Of a stretch of 64,000 bases of DNA, positions 20,618-29,721 are shown one piece after another. Under the pieces are notes generated by a model. The model was not told the DNA's origin, ran no database searches, and saw only the letters and a list, made by a program, of their open reading frames with translations. The position numbers were made by a program, and so were the translations under genes. The DNA lies in contig CBDIID010000003.1 of assembly GCA_965279515.1 (NCBI GenBank), forward strand, positions 3,200,001-3,264,000, given 5' to 3'. The stretch comes from Turneriella sp. (lineage in GTDB: Bacteria > Spirochaetota > Leptospiria > Turneriellales > Turneriellaceae). Each line of letters begins with the position of its first letter. The stretch's first letter is position 1.

Positions 20618-22708
20618 TTAGGGATACTGCCACGTCGTTCTCAGATCGAGCGACATGAGAAAGATCGAGGCGTTATAAAAATTCTGCGCGCTTTCGAGAT
20701 AAAAATAATACCAGCGGTGGCTCATGGTAAAAGTGAGCGGATCGGCTATTGTGAAGATGACGGAGTTACCAATATCGATGCGGTGCCGCCATAAATTCTG
20801 GTAGGTCAGCGACGAGAATGAATCGAAGCCAAGCTTATATTTAACTCCCGGGTAGAACTCCCACAGCATTGCCACGGTCGCCTCAAAACCCCAGTTCGGG
20901 CTGTTGACCGGGTCAAGGATTTCCTTTTCGAGACCGGCACCGAGGCGCCCGGTAAAAAGTTTCCAGGAAAATTCGGCACCTAAGGTTTCCCGCAGAAAGC
21001 TGGGTTTAAGCCCCGTTACGGGGTCGGCGATGACGACGGTATCGATGCGGTTTTTTTGGTACGGTTTAATATACCACTCGGTATTGTAGGTATAGGTCAG
21101 GTCGCCGCGGAGCAAGTTGCGGATCACCTGGTCGTTCTGTCGCACATAGAAGATGTAGGGATTAAAAGAGATATTGTGCCGGCGGTTGTAGAGTATGAAG
21201 TTGACGTCGTTTTCGAGGCCCCATTTAAAATACGATGTTGTGGCCTGGCCCGGTGGTGTATCGATGCCGCCGGTGTTCGAGACGTTCCCCGTTTCATAGA
21301 CATTCGAAAGATTGAAGATGGTCAGCAGGCGAAACCGGTTATCCGCCGCGGCTTCGGGATTCTGAATGCCGCGTTCGAGAGTGCTTGTGATAGCGTCGCT
21401 GATGCCGAACCATTGGCTTTCTCCCTGCGGGCGCTTCTCTGCTTGTTTTGCGGCGAATTCATAGCCGCGCTGCGTGGCGCAGACACGGTAGCGCACGTTG
21501 TCGCGTATCGGGTAGCCGGTGATGGTGTCGGCGGACATTCCGGAGAAGACGAGGTGAGGGTTCGCCTTGTAAAATTGCCGCATCGCTGCGCCGGAAAGCC
21601 GGAACGAGAAAATATTATAATCGTTCTGCACAGCATAACGAATCTGGTGCGGCCGCGTGAGCTCGCCGAAATTGGCGGTGTCGACGTCGGCCGCTTCGAC
21701 AAAGGCTGCGTCGCAACGCGCGGCATCGCGCACAGAGGCCGCGGCGAATTGCGGGGTTAACTTCAGGGGCTCGAAGACTTTTCCACCACCCGCACCATCT
21801 TCATCTGCGGCATACCATTTCTGCCATAACGACAGTCGCCGGATAAATGACGGCGGCGGTGCAGTAAACTTCCCGGTATCAAAGATATCGAGAAGTTCGC
21901 GCTCGGCGATATCCCAGGTGCGGCCGCTTTTTTTCAGCGTCAGTTTCATGAGTGAGGTCGCTGGCGGCATCGCTATGACGCGCCGGCCATCGGGCAGTTC
22001 GATCGCACGCACACTGTCTGTGCCGAGCGCAGCTTCCGCATCGCCGCCGCAGATGAGAATGTCTATGCGCGGGTTCTGCGCCAGCAGCGGCACCGCGTCG
22101 CGCACCGAGACGCTCGTCAGGGCAATGGTGAGATCGGGTTTTTCGGCGGCTGTGCGTTCCACGGTGGCGGTGAGAGTGGCTTCCGTGGGGTCGAGGCGCA
22201 GGTCGAGCAGCTCTGCCTCTTCAAAGGATACCAGCGAGCGCGCCGAGGTGATGCCGATCACCGCGGTTTTTAATCCCCCCTTGTTGAGGATTGCATATGG
22301 TTCAAAGAGCGGCAGCTTATCGCGCATGATGTTCGCCGAGATCAGGCGAATGCCGCGCGCGCGGCGGATGTACTCTAAACTTTCGGCACCGATGTTCAGG
22401 TCGGCGGCGGCGACAATGCCGGCATCGAGGCGCAGCATCTGCAGGTAGTCGGCGGTGATCGAACCAAAGCTGAAGCGCGACAGCCGGCCGGGATAAAAGG
22501 CATTGCCGAGATCGAAATGGTATGCCGCGGGGTTTCTGTCTTTGGCCGAACGCAGCAGCGAAGCGATGCGCATCATGTGGTTATCCGCAAGGTTCTGGTC
22601 GAGGGGAAAGCGCCCCGCGAGATTCGACGTCAGGTAGATCGTGACCTCTTTGGGCGCGGCGGCGAGCGGCAATACGCCGAAGCAAAATATTACCAGTAGT
22701 CGTTTCAT
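20618..22708 (-). CDS. Degenerate 5'-nucleotidase/metallophosphoesterase-like domain fused to a C-terminal outer-membrane beta-barrel
   Basis: Signal peptide; TSNLAG / DLGNAF / ISANI / IDILICGG scaffold; C-terminal alternating aromatic beta-strands ending LDLRTTWQYP. Confidence 0.75.
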   Translation of the reverse strand: MKRLLVIFCFGVLPLAAAPKEVTIYLTSNLAGRFPLDQNLADNHMMRIASLLRSAKDRNPAAYHFDLGNAFYPGRLSRFSFGSITADYLQMLRLDAGIVAAADLNIGAESLEYIRRARGIRLISANIMRDKLPLFEPYAILNKGGLKTAVIGITSARSLVSFEEAELLDLRLDPTEATLTATVERTAAEKPDLTIALTSVSVRDAVPLLAQNPRIDILICGGDAEAALGTDSVRAIELPDGRRVIAMPPATSLMKLTLKKSGRTWDIAERELLDIFDTGKFTAPPPSFIRRLSLWQKWYAADEDGAGGGKVFEPLKLTPQFAAASVRDAARCDAAFVEAADVDTANFGELTRPHQIRYAVQNDYNIFSFRLSGAAMRQFYKANPHLVFSGMSADTITGYPIRDNVRYRVCATQRGYEFAAKQAEKRPQGESQWFGISDAITSTLERGIQNPEAAADNRFRLLTIFNLSNVYETGNVSNTGGIDTPPGQATTSYFKWGLENDVNFILYNRRHNISFNPYIFYVRQNDQVIRNLLRGDLTYTYNTEWYIKPYQKNRIDTVVIADPVTGLKPSFLRETLGAEFSWKLFTGRLGAGLEKEILDPVNSPNWGFEATVAMLWEFYPGVKYKLGFDSFSSLTYQNLWRHRIDIGNSVIFTIADPLTFTMSHRWYYFYLESAQNFYNASIFLMSLDLRTTWQYP

Positions 22709-23297
22709 TACCGGGCAGGTTGTTTGCTCTTGAGGGCTGCCAATTCGCGGCGCAAATCTTCGAGTTCTTTCTCTTTTTCGGCGAGGCGCTGGCGGAAATC
22801 CTGGATCTCTTTGCTTTGTGCAAACTGTTTCTCCGCGGCTTCGCGTGTGAGCTGTTCCTTTTCACGCGCCGCGCTGACCTGCAGGTGTGAAATTTCTTCC
22901 TGTAGTTTTTTTGCGTCTCGGCAGCCTTTTCGGCGACCTGTTGATTCAGTTGCGTCAGTTGTTTGATTTTGCCGCCGCTGTCCGATTCGAGAATGGTGAG
23001 CTTCTCCGTCAGGTTCGCGACATTGGCCTCGGTCGCTTTGAGTTGCGCGGCCCGCTTCTCTTCTACGGCCGTGAAGGTGGCCTGTCGTTTTTCAAAGTCG
23101 GCTTTTTGCAGCTCTGCAGCACGCGTCACCTCGAGATTCTCTTCGCGCAATACCTGGTTTTCGCGTTCGAGCAGGGCGGTTTTTTTCGCGATCAGGGCAC
23201 GCTCTGCGGCTATCTGGTCAGCGGAACGGTCGGGGCGGCCGAAACTGACGCAACCAAAGGCGGATATCCCCCATAAAAACAAGCTGAGTCGGTGCAT
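22708..23297 (-). pseudogene. Coiled-coil lipoprotein interrupted by a -1 frameshift (real or assembly error)
   Basis: Lipobox AFGC. The coiled coil continues in the -1 frame after T7 at 22906-22912 (QKKLQEEISHLQ...KSKQPAR*), ending in a TAATG overlap with the next gene; span is 590 nt (3n-1). Confidence 0.75.
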
Positions 23298-23397
23298 GGG
23301 CGGCATTTTCCACGTTGGAAGTACGGGGTCGATACGTTCTTGACGCGGTGTGCAAAAATCCGTTTTTGGCCGGGAAATCGTATTCCCACGAGGTCTG

Positions 23398-24060
23398 ATG
23401 CAAGCAACCGCTAAGAAATCTCTGAAAGAAGCCATGGCAACCAGCGAAACGATTCGCATGTTCAAGTGGGACTGGATGGAGAAACTCTCGCATGTGCATC
23501 CGGCAACGCCCTTCGTTATCTATATTCCCGTTGTATCGGTCGCTATGTATTTTGCATTCATGCAGGGCAATGTGACGGTGCTGTCGGCGCTTGGGTATTT
23601 CGGCATTGGCATGCTGATCTGGTCGCTGATTGAATACCTGATGCACCGCTTCTTTTTCCACATTCCACAGACAAATAAGGTCTTTAAAGCGATTTATTTC
23701 TATTCGCATGGCATCCACCACGATGCGCCGAACGATGCGACCCGCCTGGTGATGCCCCCCGGAGCCAGCGTACCGCTGGCAATTCTGTTCTTTTACGGTT
23801 TTAAGGCCTGGGGTGGCATCTATTACCTGCCGCTGTTTTCGGGTTTTGTGACTGCGTATATGATCTATGACTTCATCCACTTCGCGACGCATTTTTTTAG
23901 CTGGAAGGCCGCCTGGTTCCGCAAGATCAAAGAGAACCACATGCGCCACCATTTTCTGACAAATAAATACAATTTCGGGCTGAGTTCACCGCTCTGGGAT
24001 TATGTCTTCTTCACGTTTTTCAAGGGCAAAGAAAGCCTGACCGAAAAACGGGATCATTGA
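23398..24060 (+). CDS. Fatty acid hydroxylase/sterol desaturase family (FA2H/Scs7-like)
   Basis: EYLMHRFFFH, HGIHHDAP..RLVMPP, YDFIHFATH, HMRHHF, SSPLWD His boxes. Confidence 0.9.
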   Translation: MQATAKKSLKEAMATSETIRMFKWDWMEKLSHVHPATPFVIYIPVVSVAMYFAFMQGNVTVLSALGYFGIGMLIWSLIEYLMHRFFFHIPQTNKVFKAIYFYSHGIHHDAPNDATRLVMPPGASVPLAILFFYGFKAWGGIYYLPLFSGFVTAYMIYDFIHFATHFFSWKAAWFRKIKENHMRHHFLTNKYNFGLSSPLWDYVFFTFFKGKESLTEKRDH

Positions 24061-24228
24061 CGCGGCGAATGCCCCGCCGGCTTGACGAAAGGCTTTTAAA
24101 ATAGCAAAATAAATTGACATTCTGTGACTGAATTGCGTCTCGCAGTTAAGTCTCATACTGACAAGGGTCGATACTTGAAAGAGTTACCCTTGCAGTTGAA
24201 TTGCAACGTTAAAATTAGAGAGGAAAAA

Positions 24229-25440
24229 ATGTTACCGAATATGACACGCACCATTAAAGTAGCGCTCGTGGTCATGATCGCATCAGCTTCATGGCTGATC
24301 GCACAAGACCTGCAGCAACCAGCTATTGACTCGGCAGATAAAGCCGCACAAGACGCAGAAAAGAAAGTAGATGAAGCTGAAAAAGCAGCCGACGGCAAAG
24401 TCGACGCTCCTGCAGCTACAGACCGCGCAGCAGACAAGCCGGCTGACAAGCCCGCAGACGCTGCAAAACCCGCAACTGCGGATAACCAGGTTGGCAATAT
24501 CTACAACGACGGCAAAAACACTTACGCTACATCACAGGCGAAGTTCGAGCTGACGGCTACAGATAATATCTCAAACCTCGACTTCATCGAATACAAAATC
24601 GACGACATCACTAACCAGTTCAGCGTTTACGGTCATCCGTTCGGCCTCGAAAAAGAAGGCCCGCACAAAATCGTATACCGCTCCGTTGACCGTGTAGGTA
24701 ACCGCGAAGAAGATAACATCTTTAACGTAATTATCGATAACACCGGCCCGGTAATGAATTTCGCGCTCAACAAAGCGCCGATCATCATCGATGGTAAGCG
24801 TTACCTCGCTCCCGGCACAAAACTCGAAATCCGTGCGACAGACAACTTCAGCGGTGTTAAATCCGTTGAGTATTCAGCGAACGGTTCAGACTGGCAGCCA
24901 TACAAAGACGGCATCGTCCTCGACAAGCCAGGTGCAGCGCAACTGAAATACCGCGCGGTAGATAACCTTGGTAACAAATCAGAAAACCTCAGCGGTTTCT
25001 CAACAACCAGCCCAGGCCAAGGCGCAAGCCCTGAAGACCTCGCTGTTATCAATTCTCTCTATGTTGAAAATACTCCGCCGATCGTGATGATTACTCCATC
25101 ACAGCGCTGGATCAACGTTGATGGCAAAAAATACGCCCGCCGTGATAATACCTACCTCGTTGAGGCGCAAGACGCTGAATCGGGTGTGGCGAACATCTTC
25201 GTAAAAATCGATAACGCGGCAGAATGGCAGATTTACAGCGGTAAACTGGTATTCCAGACAGAAGGCCCGCACAGCGTCGAAGCTAAGGCGACAGATAAAG
25301 TAGGCAACGAATCACAACCCGTTAAGGTTGAATTCATCGTCGACGATAACCCGCCGAAATCTACGATCCGTCCAGTGGGTGGCGCTACAGCGCCCGCACC
25401 AGCGGCTCCAGCACCAGCACCAGCACCGGCGAACCCATAA
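24229..25440 (+). CDS. OmpL47-like exported protein with repeated Ig-like beta-sandwich domains
   Basis: SD GAGAGG; signal peptide; three repeats of A(T/Q)D..S(G/N)....Y...G.H.(V/I).Y(R)A.D.(V/L)GN; Pro/Ala tail. Confidence 0.8.
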   Translation: MLPNMTRTIKVALVVMIASASWLIAQDLQQPAIDSADKAAQDAEKKVDEAEKAADGKVDAPAATDRAADKPADKPADAAKPATADNQVGNIYNDGKNTYATSQAKFELTATDNISNLDFIEYKIDDITNQFSVYGHPFGLEKEGPHKIVYRSVDRVGNREEDNIFNVIIDNTGPVMNFALNKAPIIIDGKRYLAPGTKLEIRATDNFSGVKSVEYSANGSDWQPYKDGIVLDKPGAAQLKYRAVDNLGNKSENLSGFSTTSPGQGASPEDLAVINSLYVENTPPIVMITPSQRWINVDGKKYARRDNTYLVEAQDAESGVANIFVKIDNAAEWQIYSGKLVFQTEGPHSVEAKATDKVGNESQPVKVEFIVDDNPPKSTIRPVGGATAPAPAAPAPAPAPANP

Positions 25441-25463
25441 GCCGGCATATAAAGCGAAACACG

Positions 25464-26111
25464 ATGTTTCGCTTCAAGGGCCCCGCATTTGCGGGGCTTT
25501 TTTTTGCCCTAATTCTGATGCCCGGGGTGGGATTTCCCGCTCAGGGCGCAAAACTTTCCGCGTCAGGCCAGCAGTACTTCCGCGCCTTTCTCGAAGCCTT
25601 CACCCCTTTGGTATTGAAGCGCGAGAAAAAAGGGGGAAATCCGCGCTGGGGTGGCAAGAACCGCGATTGCGCCGGGCTCGTCCGTTATCTGTTCTGGGAA
25701 GCCCTGCAGGCACACCGCGAAGATTTTCTCGACATATACCCCGCCGTGCGGTCGCTGAGGCGGCCGATGGCAGCCGAATTTTCAGCTATTGAATCGGATT
25801 GGTCGCGCGATAATTTCACTGCCTCGCAGCTCATCGCGCGTTCCGTTTTCGTGTCGCGTTCACCATCCAGGCTGCGCCTGAAGACAGGCGACCTGATGTA
25901 TTTCCAGTCGCCGGAGTTAAAGATCCGTCATGTCATGCTTGTTGTGCACGCAGGTTCTGAAATCTACCTCGTCTATCATACCGGTGATGCGCGCAATGAA
26001 CTGCGCATTCGCACTCTTGCTGACATCGCTGCACTTCCCGAAAGCGAATGGCATCCGGAAAGTTCCAACCCGGTTTTTCAGGGAATTTACCGGCCGTTAT
26101 TCCTCGATTGA
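25464..26111 (+). CDS. DUF1175/YfaT-like protein (papain-like Cys-His)
   Basis: DCAGLVRY, LKTGDLMYF, HVML, YHTG, W.P.S.NPVFQGIYR. Start uncertain. Confidence 0.8.
   Translation: MFRFKGPAFAGLFFALILMPGVGFPAQGAKLSASGQQYFRAFLEAFTPLVLKREKKGGNPRWGGKNRDCAGLVRYLFWEALQAHREDFLDIYPAVRSLRRPMAAEFSAIESDWSRDNFTASQLIARSVFVSRSPSRLRLKTGDLMYFQSPELKIRHVMLVVHAGSEIYLVYHTGDARNELRIRTLADIAALPESEWHPESSNPVFQGIYRPLFLD
25480..25505 (+). terminator. Rho-independent terminator after the OmpL47-like gene
   Basis: GCCCCGC-ATTT-GCGGGGC followed by T8. Confidence 0.85.
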
Positions 26112-26180
26112 CCGTCAAATTGACGTATGCCGATTCGTCTAAGTGATTGCCATTCTGTCTATGCCGCAAAACCTGATGGA

Positions 26181-26729
26181 ATGTTCAGGACTTTCACGGG
26201 TATATTATTAATCACCGCCGTAGTTTCGTGCGGTAAAAAGAAGCTTGATACGCCCGAGGCGGCACTGACCGCCGTTCAAGAAGCTTACATCAAACGCGAT
26301 GCCAAAGCCTTCATCGCCGTTCTTTCCAAAGAGACGCTGACTGAACTCGAAGAGAAGATCGAGCAGATGCGTTCGATGTTCCAGAATATCCCAGAGAACC
26401 CCCAGGCCGCCCAGGCCTTCGAACACATGGCTAAGCAGATGGGCATGCCGGTTTCCAAGCTCAAAGAGCTCACGATCGAAGATTTTATCGGCTATATGAT
26501 GAGCAATGAAGGGGCGAGCGGCAGCGAAACAACCCTGCTGCCGAAAGAAATGTTGCCTCCCGCGAAGATTCTGAAGCGTGTTGAGAAGGGCAATAAGGCG
26601 ACGCTTTATTTTGCCGACGATGAAAAGTTGTCTTTTATCAAGACAGATGCAGGTTGGCGCGTGACTCTCAATGCTGAAAATGTTACGGCTAAGGGTTTGC
26701 CCGGCCAGGGGCAAGAAGAGCCCGAATAG
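26181..26729 (+). CDS. Hypothetical lipoprotein (NTF2-like topology possible)
   Basis: Lipobox VVSC-GKKK; TPEAA...D.KAFI.VLS...LSFIKTDAGWRV. Confidence 0.75.
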   Translation: MFRTFTGILLITAVVSCGKKKLDTPEAALTAVQEAYIKRDAKAFIAVLSKETLTELEEKIEQMRSMFQNIPENPQAAQAFEHMAKQMGMPVSKLKELTIEDFIGYMMSNEGASGSETTLLPKEMLPPAKILKRVEKGNKATLYFADDEKLSFIKTDAGWRVTLNAENVTAKGLPGQGQEEPE

Positions 26730-26730
26730 C

Positions 26731-27264
26731 CTATTCGAGCGTTTCTAACGTCACCGATTCATTCGTATAGACGCAGATTTCCGCTGCAACTTTCAGCGAT
26801 TCTTTACAAATTTCAGCGGCGCTGAACTTGGTATGGCGCACCAGCGCACGGGCCGAGGCCAGCGCATAGTTGCCGCCTGAACCAATCGCGATAATGCCTT
26901 CTTCGGGTTCGATGACATCGCCGTTACCGGTTAGCAAAAAGATCTTTTCTTTATCAGCGGCAATGAGCATGGCCTCTAAGCGGCGCAGCATCTTGTCGGT
27001 ACGCCAGTCTTTAGCCAGCTCTACCGACGCGCGTGTCAGGTTGCCGCTATAGGCCTGTAGTTTCTCTTCGAGCTTTTCGAGCAGCGTAAAGGCGTCGGCG
27101 GTGGCTCCCGCAAAACCTGCGAGAATTTTGCCACTGAAGAGTTTGCGTACTTTAACGGCATTGCCCTTGAGAATGGTCTGCCCCGCGCTGACCTGGCCAT
27201 CGCCTGCCATGGCCGTCTGGCCGTCGCGTTTGACGCAGAGGATTGTCGTTGCATGCATTTTCAT
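26731..27264 (-). CDS. hslV: ATP-dependent protease peptidase subunit HslV
   Basis: [54 protein letters not shown] coupling to the upstream gene. Confidence 0.96.
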   Translation of the reverse strand: MKMHATTILCVKRDGQTAMAGDGQVSAGQTILKGNAVKVRKLFSGKILAGFAGATADAFTLLEKLEEKLQAYSGNLTRASVELAKDWRTDKMLRRLEAMLIAADKEKIFLLTGNGDVIEPEEGIIAIGSGGNYALASARALVRHTKFSAAEICKESLKVAAEICVYTNESVTLETLE

Positions 27265-28238
27265 TACCAGACCGCCAGATGGTCTTCTGTAACGCCGTAA
27301 CCCGTAAACTTTTCGGTTTCGCCGCCAATCTTGACCTGGCCGTCGAAGACGCCGTAGGGCTGAACAAATTTGCTCTTGAGGAAACCCAGGTTCAGGTCTT
27401 CGCTGCGCGCGCCGAACGGGCGAAAGCGCGCTTCGAAAACATTGTCGCGCGTCAGGATGCGCCAAATGGATTTTTCGGCCGGACGGATATAGTGGAAGTG
27501 CGCTGAGCTGAGCCCCATCGGCTTGCCGTCGAGCCAGAGCGCGTTTTCAATGCCGTCATTAAATTTGTCGACGAGATTGACCGAGAGCGATTTGCCCGAT
27601 TCGGTCTTGCCGATCATCGACAGCCAGTTCCACTCGGTGCGGCGCGCCGGGTACCCCTTGGTGTAGTCGATCATGCCGAAATCGCCGGAGAATTTATGCC
27701 TGCGTGAGCCGAGGATAAACTCGCCTTCGCAGCTGAGCCCCATCTCTTTGTACGTAAAATTGAAAGGACGCTTGGCGGCCGGAGCGATAGTGCTGAGGCC
27801 GTTTCCGGTCAGTTTGAAGATTGCCGTGAAATCGTAGGCACCGCGGATGTTGACGACGACGCGGTCGCCTGAGGGCAGAATTTCATAACGGCCTAAACGC
27901 CAGCTATCCGAAAGCGTCGCGTTAAAATCGGAGTTGAAGCCCAGGGGCAGCGTGAGCTTATCTTCGACGAAATACTTTTCCGCTGGTATATAGACATAGC
28001 TGAATGCATTGCCGATATAACCGGCGTCGGCGATGGCAATACCCGCGTAGAAGTCGCGGCTAAAAATGCCGAGATAGATCCATGCCTTGCGCTCGGTGCG
28101 GCGGCGCGGAGCGAGCTTGCTGTTGAAATCCCATTCGGTGGTTGTCGTGTCGGCGATCGGCCCTTCATAGAGGCCGAAGATGTTTTTTTCGTCGGGGTGG
28201 GGAAGCGCCGGGCGCCTTGGCTTGAATTCGCTTTCCAT
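27264..28238 (-). CDS. DUF2804-like beta-rich protein
   Basis: [49 protein letters not shown]. Confidence 0.75.
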   Translation of the reverse strand: MESEFKPRRPALPHPDEKNIFGLYEGPIADTTTTEWDFNSKLAPRRRTERKAWIYLGIFSRDFYAGIAIADAGYIGNAFSYVYIPAEKYFVEDKLTLPLGFNSDFNATLSDSWRLGRYEILPSGDRVVVNIRGAYDFTAIFKLTGNGLSTIAPAAKRPFNFTYKEMGLSCEGEFILGSRRHKFSGDFGMIDYTKGYPARRTEWNWLSMIGKTESGKSLSVNLVDKFNDGIENALWLDGKPMGLSSAHFHYIRPAEKSIWRILTRDNVFEARFRPFGARSEDLNLGFLKSKFVQPYGVFDGQVKIGGETEKFTGYGVTEDHLAVW

Positions 28239-28281
28239 CGGGGTTATGGTATTTGCGGCTTCGGCGCTCAGGCTGTACTCC

Positions 28282-29721
28282 TTATTTCGGCTGCATCAGG
28301 TAGGCGTTTACAGCGTTGGCGCATTTACGCCCTTCGGCGATTGCCCAGACGATGAGGCTCTGGCCGCGGCGCATGTCGCCGGCAGCAAAGACCTTGTCGA
28401 CGCTGGTTTTATGCGCGCCCGCGTGATCGCCGAAGTCGGCCTTCACATTGCCGCGCGGGTCGAGTTGAAGACCGGCTTTCTCGAATTGTTCAATCAGACC
28501 GTTCTTTTGGGGGCCTAAAAAGCCCATCGCCAGCAGCACAAGCTCAGCTTTGAGTTCAAAATCTGAACCGGCAACATCGACGAACTTGCCATCTTTCATC
28601 TCGACTTTTTTACAGCTGAGGCTTGTGACATTGCCTTTGCCGTCGTCGTTGAATTTAACGGTGTTGATCGACCACATTCTCTCGGCCCCTTCTTCGTGGC
28701 TGGAAGAGGTTCTGAGTTTCATTGGCCAGTAGGGCCATGGTGTCGATGCTGCCCGGTCTGTGGGGGGCATTGGAAAGAGTTCGAGCTGTGTGACGGATGC
28801 CGCTTTGTGGCGGTTCGATGTGCCGACGCAGTCAGAACCGGTGTCACCGCCGCCAATCACGACGACATGTTTGCCTGTCGCTGAAATTGCATTGGCGACT
28901 TCAATCCCCGCGTTTTTACGGTTGTTCTGCGGCAGAAATTCCATCGCGAAATGGACGCCCTTGAATTCGCGGCCCGGAATCGGCAGGTCTCGGGGTGCTT
29001 CGGCGCCCCCTGAAAGGACGACAGCATCATATTCTTTGAGCAGGTCTTGAGCGGAGATGTCTTTGCCGACAGTGACGCCGGTTTTGATGACGACGCCTTC
29101 GGCGACCATCTGTTCGGCGCGGCGGTCAATCTGCCATTTTTCAAACTTAAAATCGGGAATGCCAAAACGGATGAGGCCGCCGATCTTCTCGTTCTTTTCA
29201 AAAAGCGTGACCGAGTGGCCCATGCGCGCCAGCTGTTGCGAAGCCGCCATACCCGCAGGACCTGAACCCACGACCGCTACCTTTTTACCCGTCTTGTGGT
29301 TATTGATCTGCGGTTTTACCCAGCCATTCTTAAAGCCGGTATCAATGATAAAACGTTCGATACCCTTGATCGCTACAGCCGGCTCATTGATACCGAGTGT
29401 GCATGCACCCTCGCAGGGTGCAGGGCAGAGACGGCCTGTGAACTCGGGGAAATTATTGGTTGAGTGCAGGTTCTCGAGCGCGTCTTCGTAGCGGCCGCGG
29501 AACACGAGGTCGTTAAACTCGGGGATATAGTTATCCACCGGACAACCGGTATCGCCATGGCAGAACGGGATGCCGCAATCCATACAGCGCGCACCCTGGA
29601 TTTTAGCGGTATCCTGTTCGAAGGTGTGTTCGAACTCTTTGTAATGTTTTACCCTATCAGCAACCGCATCGTAAGTTTGCGACGCGCGGTCATATTCCAT
29701 GAACCCCGTCGGTTTACCCAT
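28282..29721 (-). CDS. gltD: Glutamate synthase small subunit
   Basis: [50 protein letters not shown]. Confidence 0.97.
   Translation of the reverse strand: MGKPTGFMEYDRASQTYDAVADRVKHYKEFEHTFEQDTAKIQGARCMDCGIPFCHGDTGCPVDNYIPEFNDLVFRGRYEDALENLHSTNNFPEFTGRLCPAPCEGACTLGINEPAVAIKGIERFIIDTGFKNGWVKPQINNHKTGKKVAVVGSGPAGMAASQQLARMGHSVTLFEKNEKIGGLIRFGIPDFKFEKWQIDRRAEQMVAEGVVIKTGVTVGKDISAQDLLKEYDAVVLSGGAEAPRDLPIPGREFKGVHFAMEFLPQNNRKNAGIEVANAISATGKHVVVIGGGDTGSDCVGTSNRHKAASVTQLELFPMPPTDRAASTPWPYWPMKLRTSSSHEEGAERMWSINTVKFNDDGKGNVTSLSCKKVEMKDGKFVDVAGSDFELKAELVLLAMGFLGPQKNGLIEQFEKAGLQLDPRGNVKADFGDHAGAHKTSVDKVFAAGDMRRGQSLIVWAIAEGRKCANAVNAYLMQPK

Noticed and set aside
22581..23465. 294-aa ORF as given in the track
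   Set aside because: Its N-terminus overlaps the divergent gene and its C-terminus is out-of-frame read-through after the A7 run.
25381..25437. GCACCA-type tandem repeat
   Set aside because: Encodes a Pro/Ala tail; no sign of a separate element.
27265..27465. Long N-terminal extension of HslV
   Set aside because: Lies within the upstream gene; HslV needs Thr near the N-terminus and TAATG coupling marks 27264.
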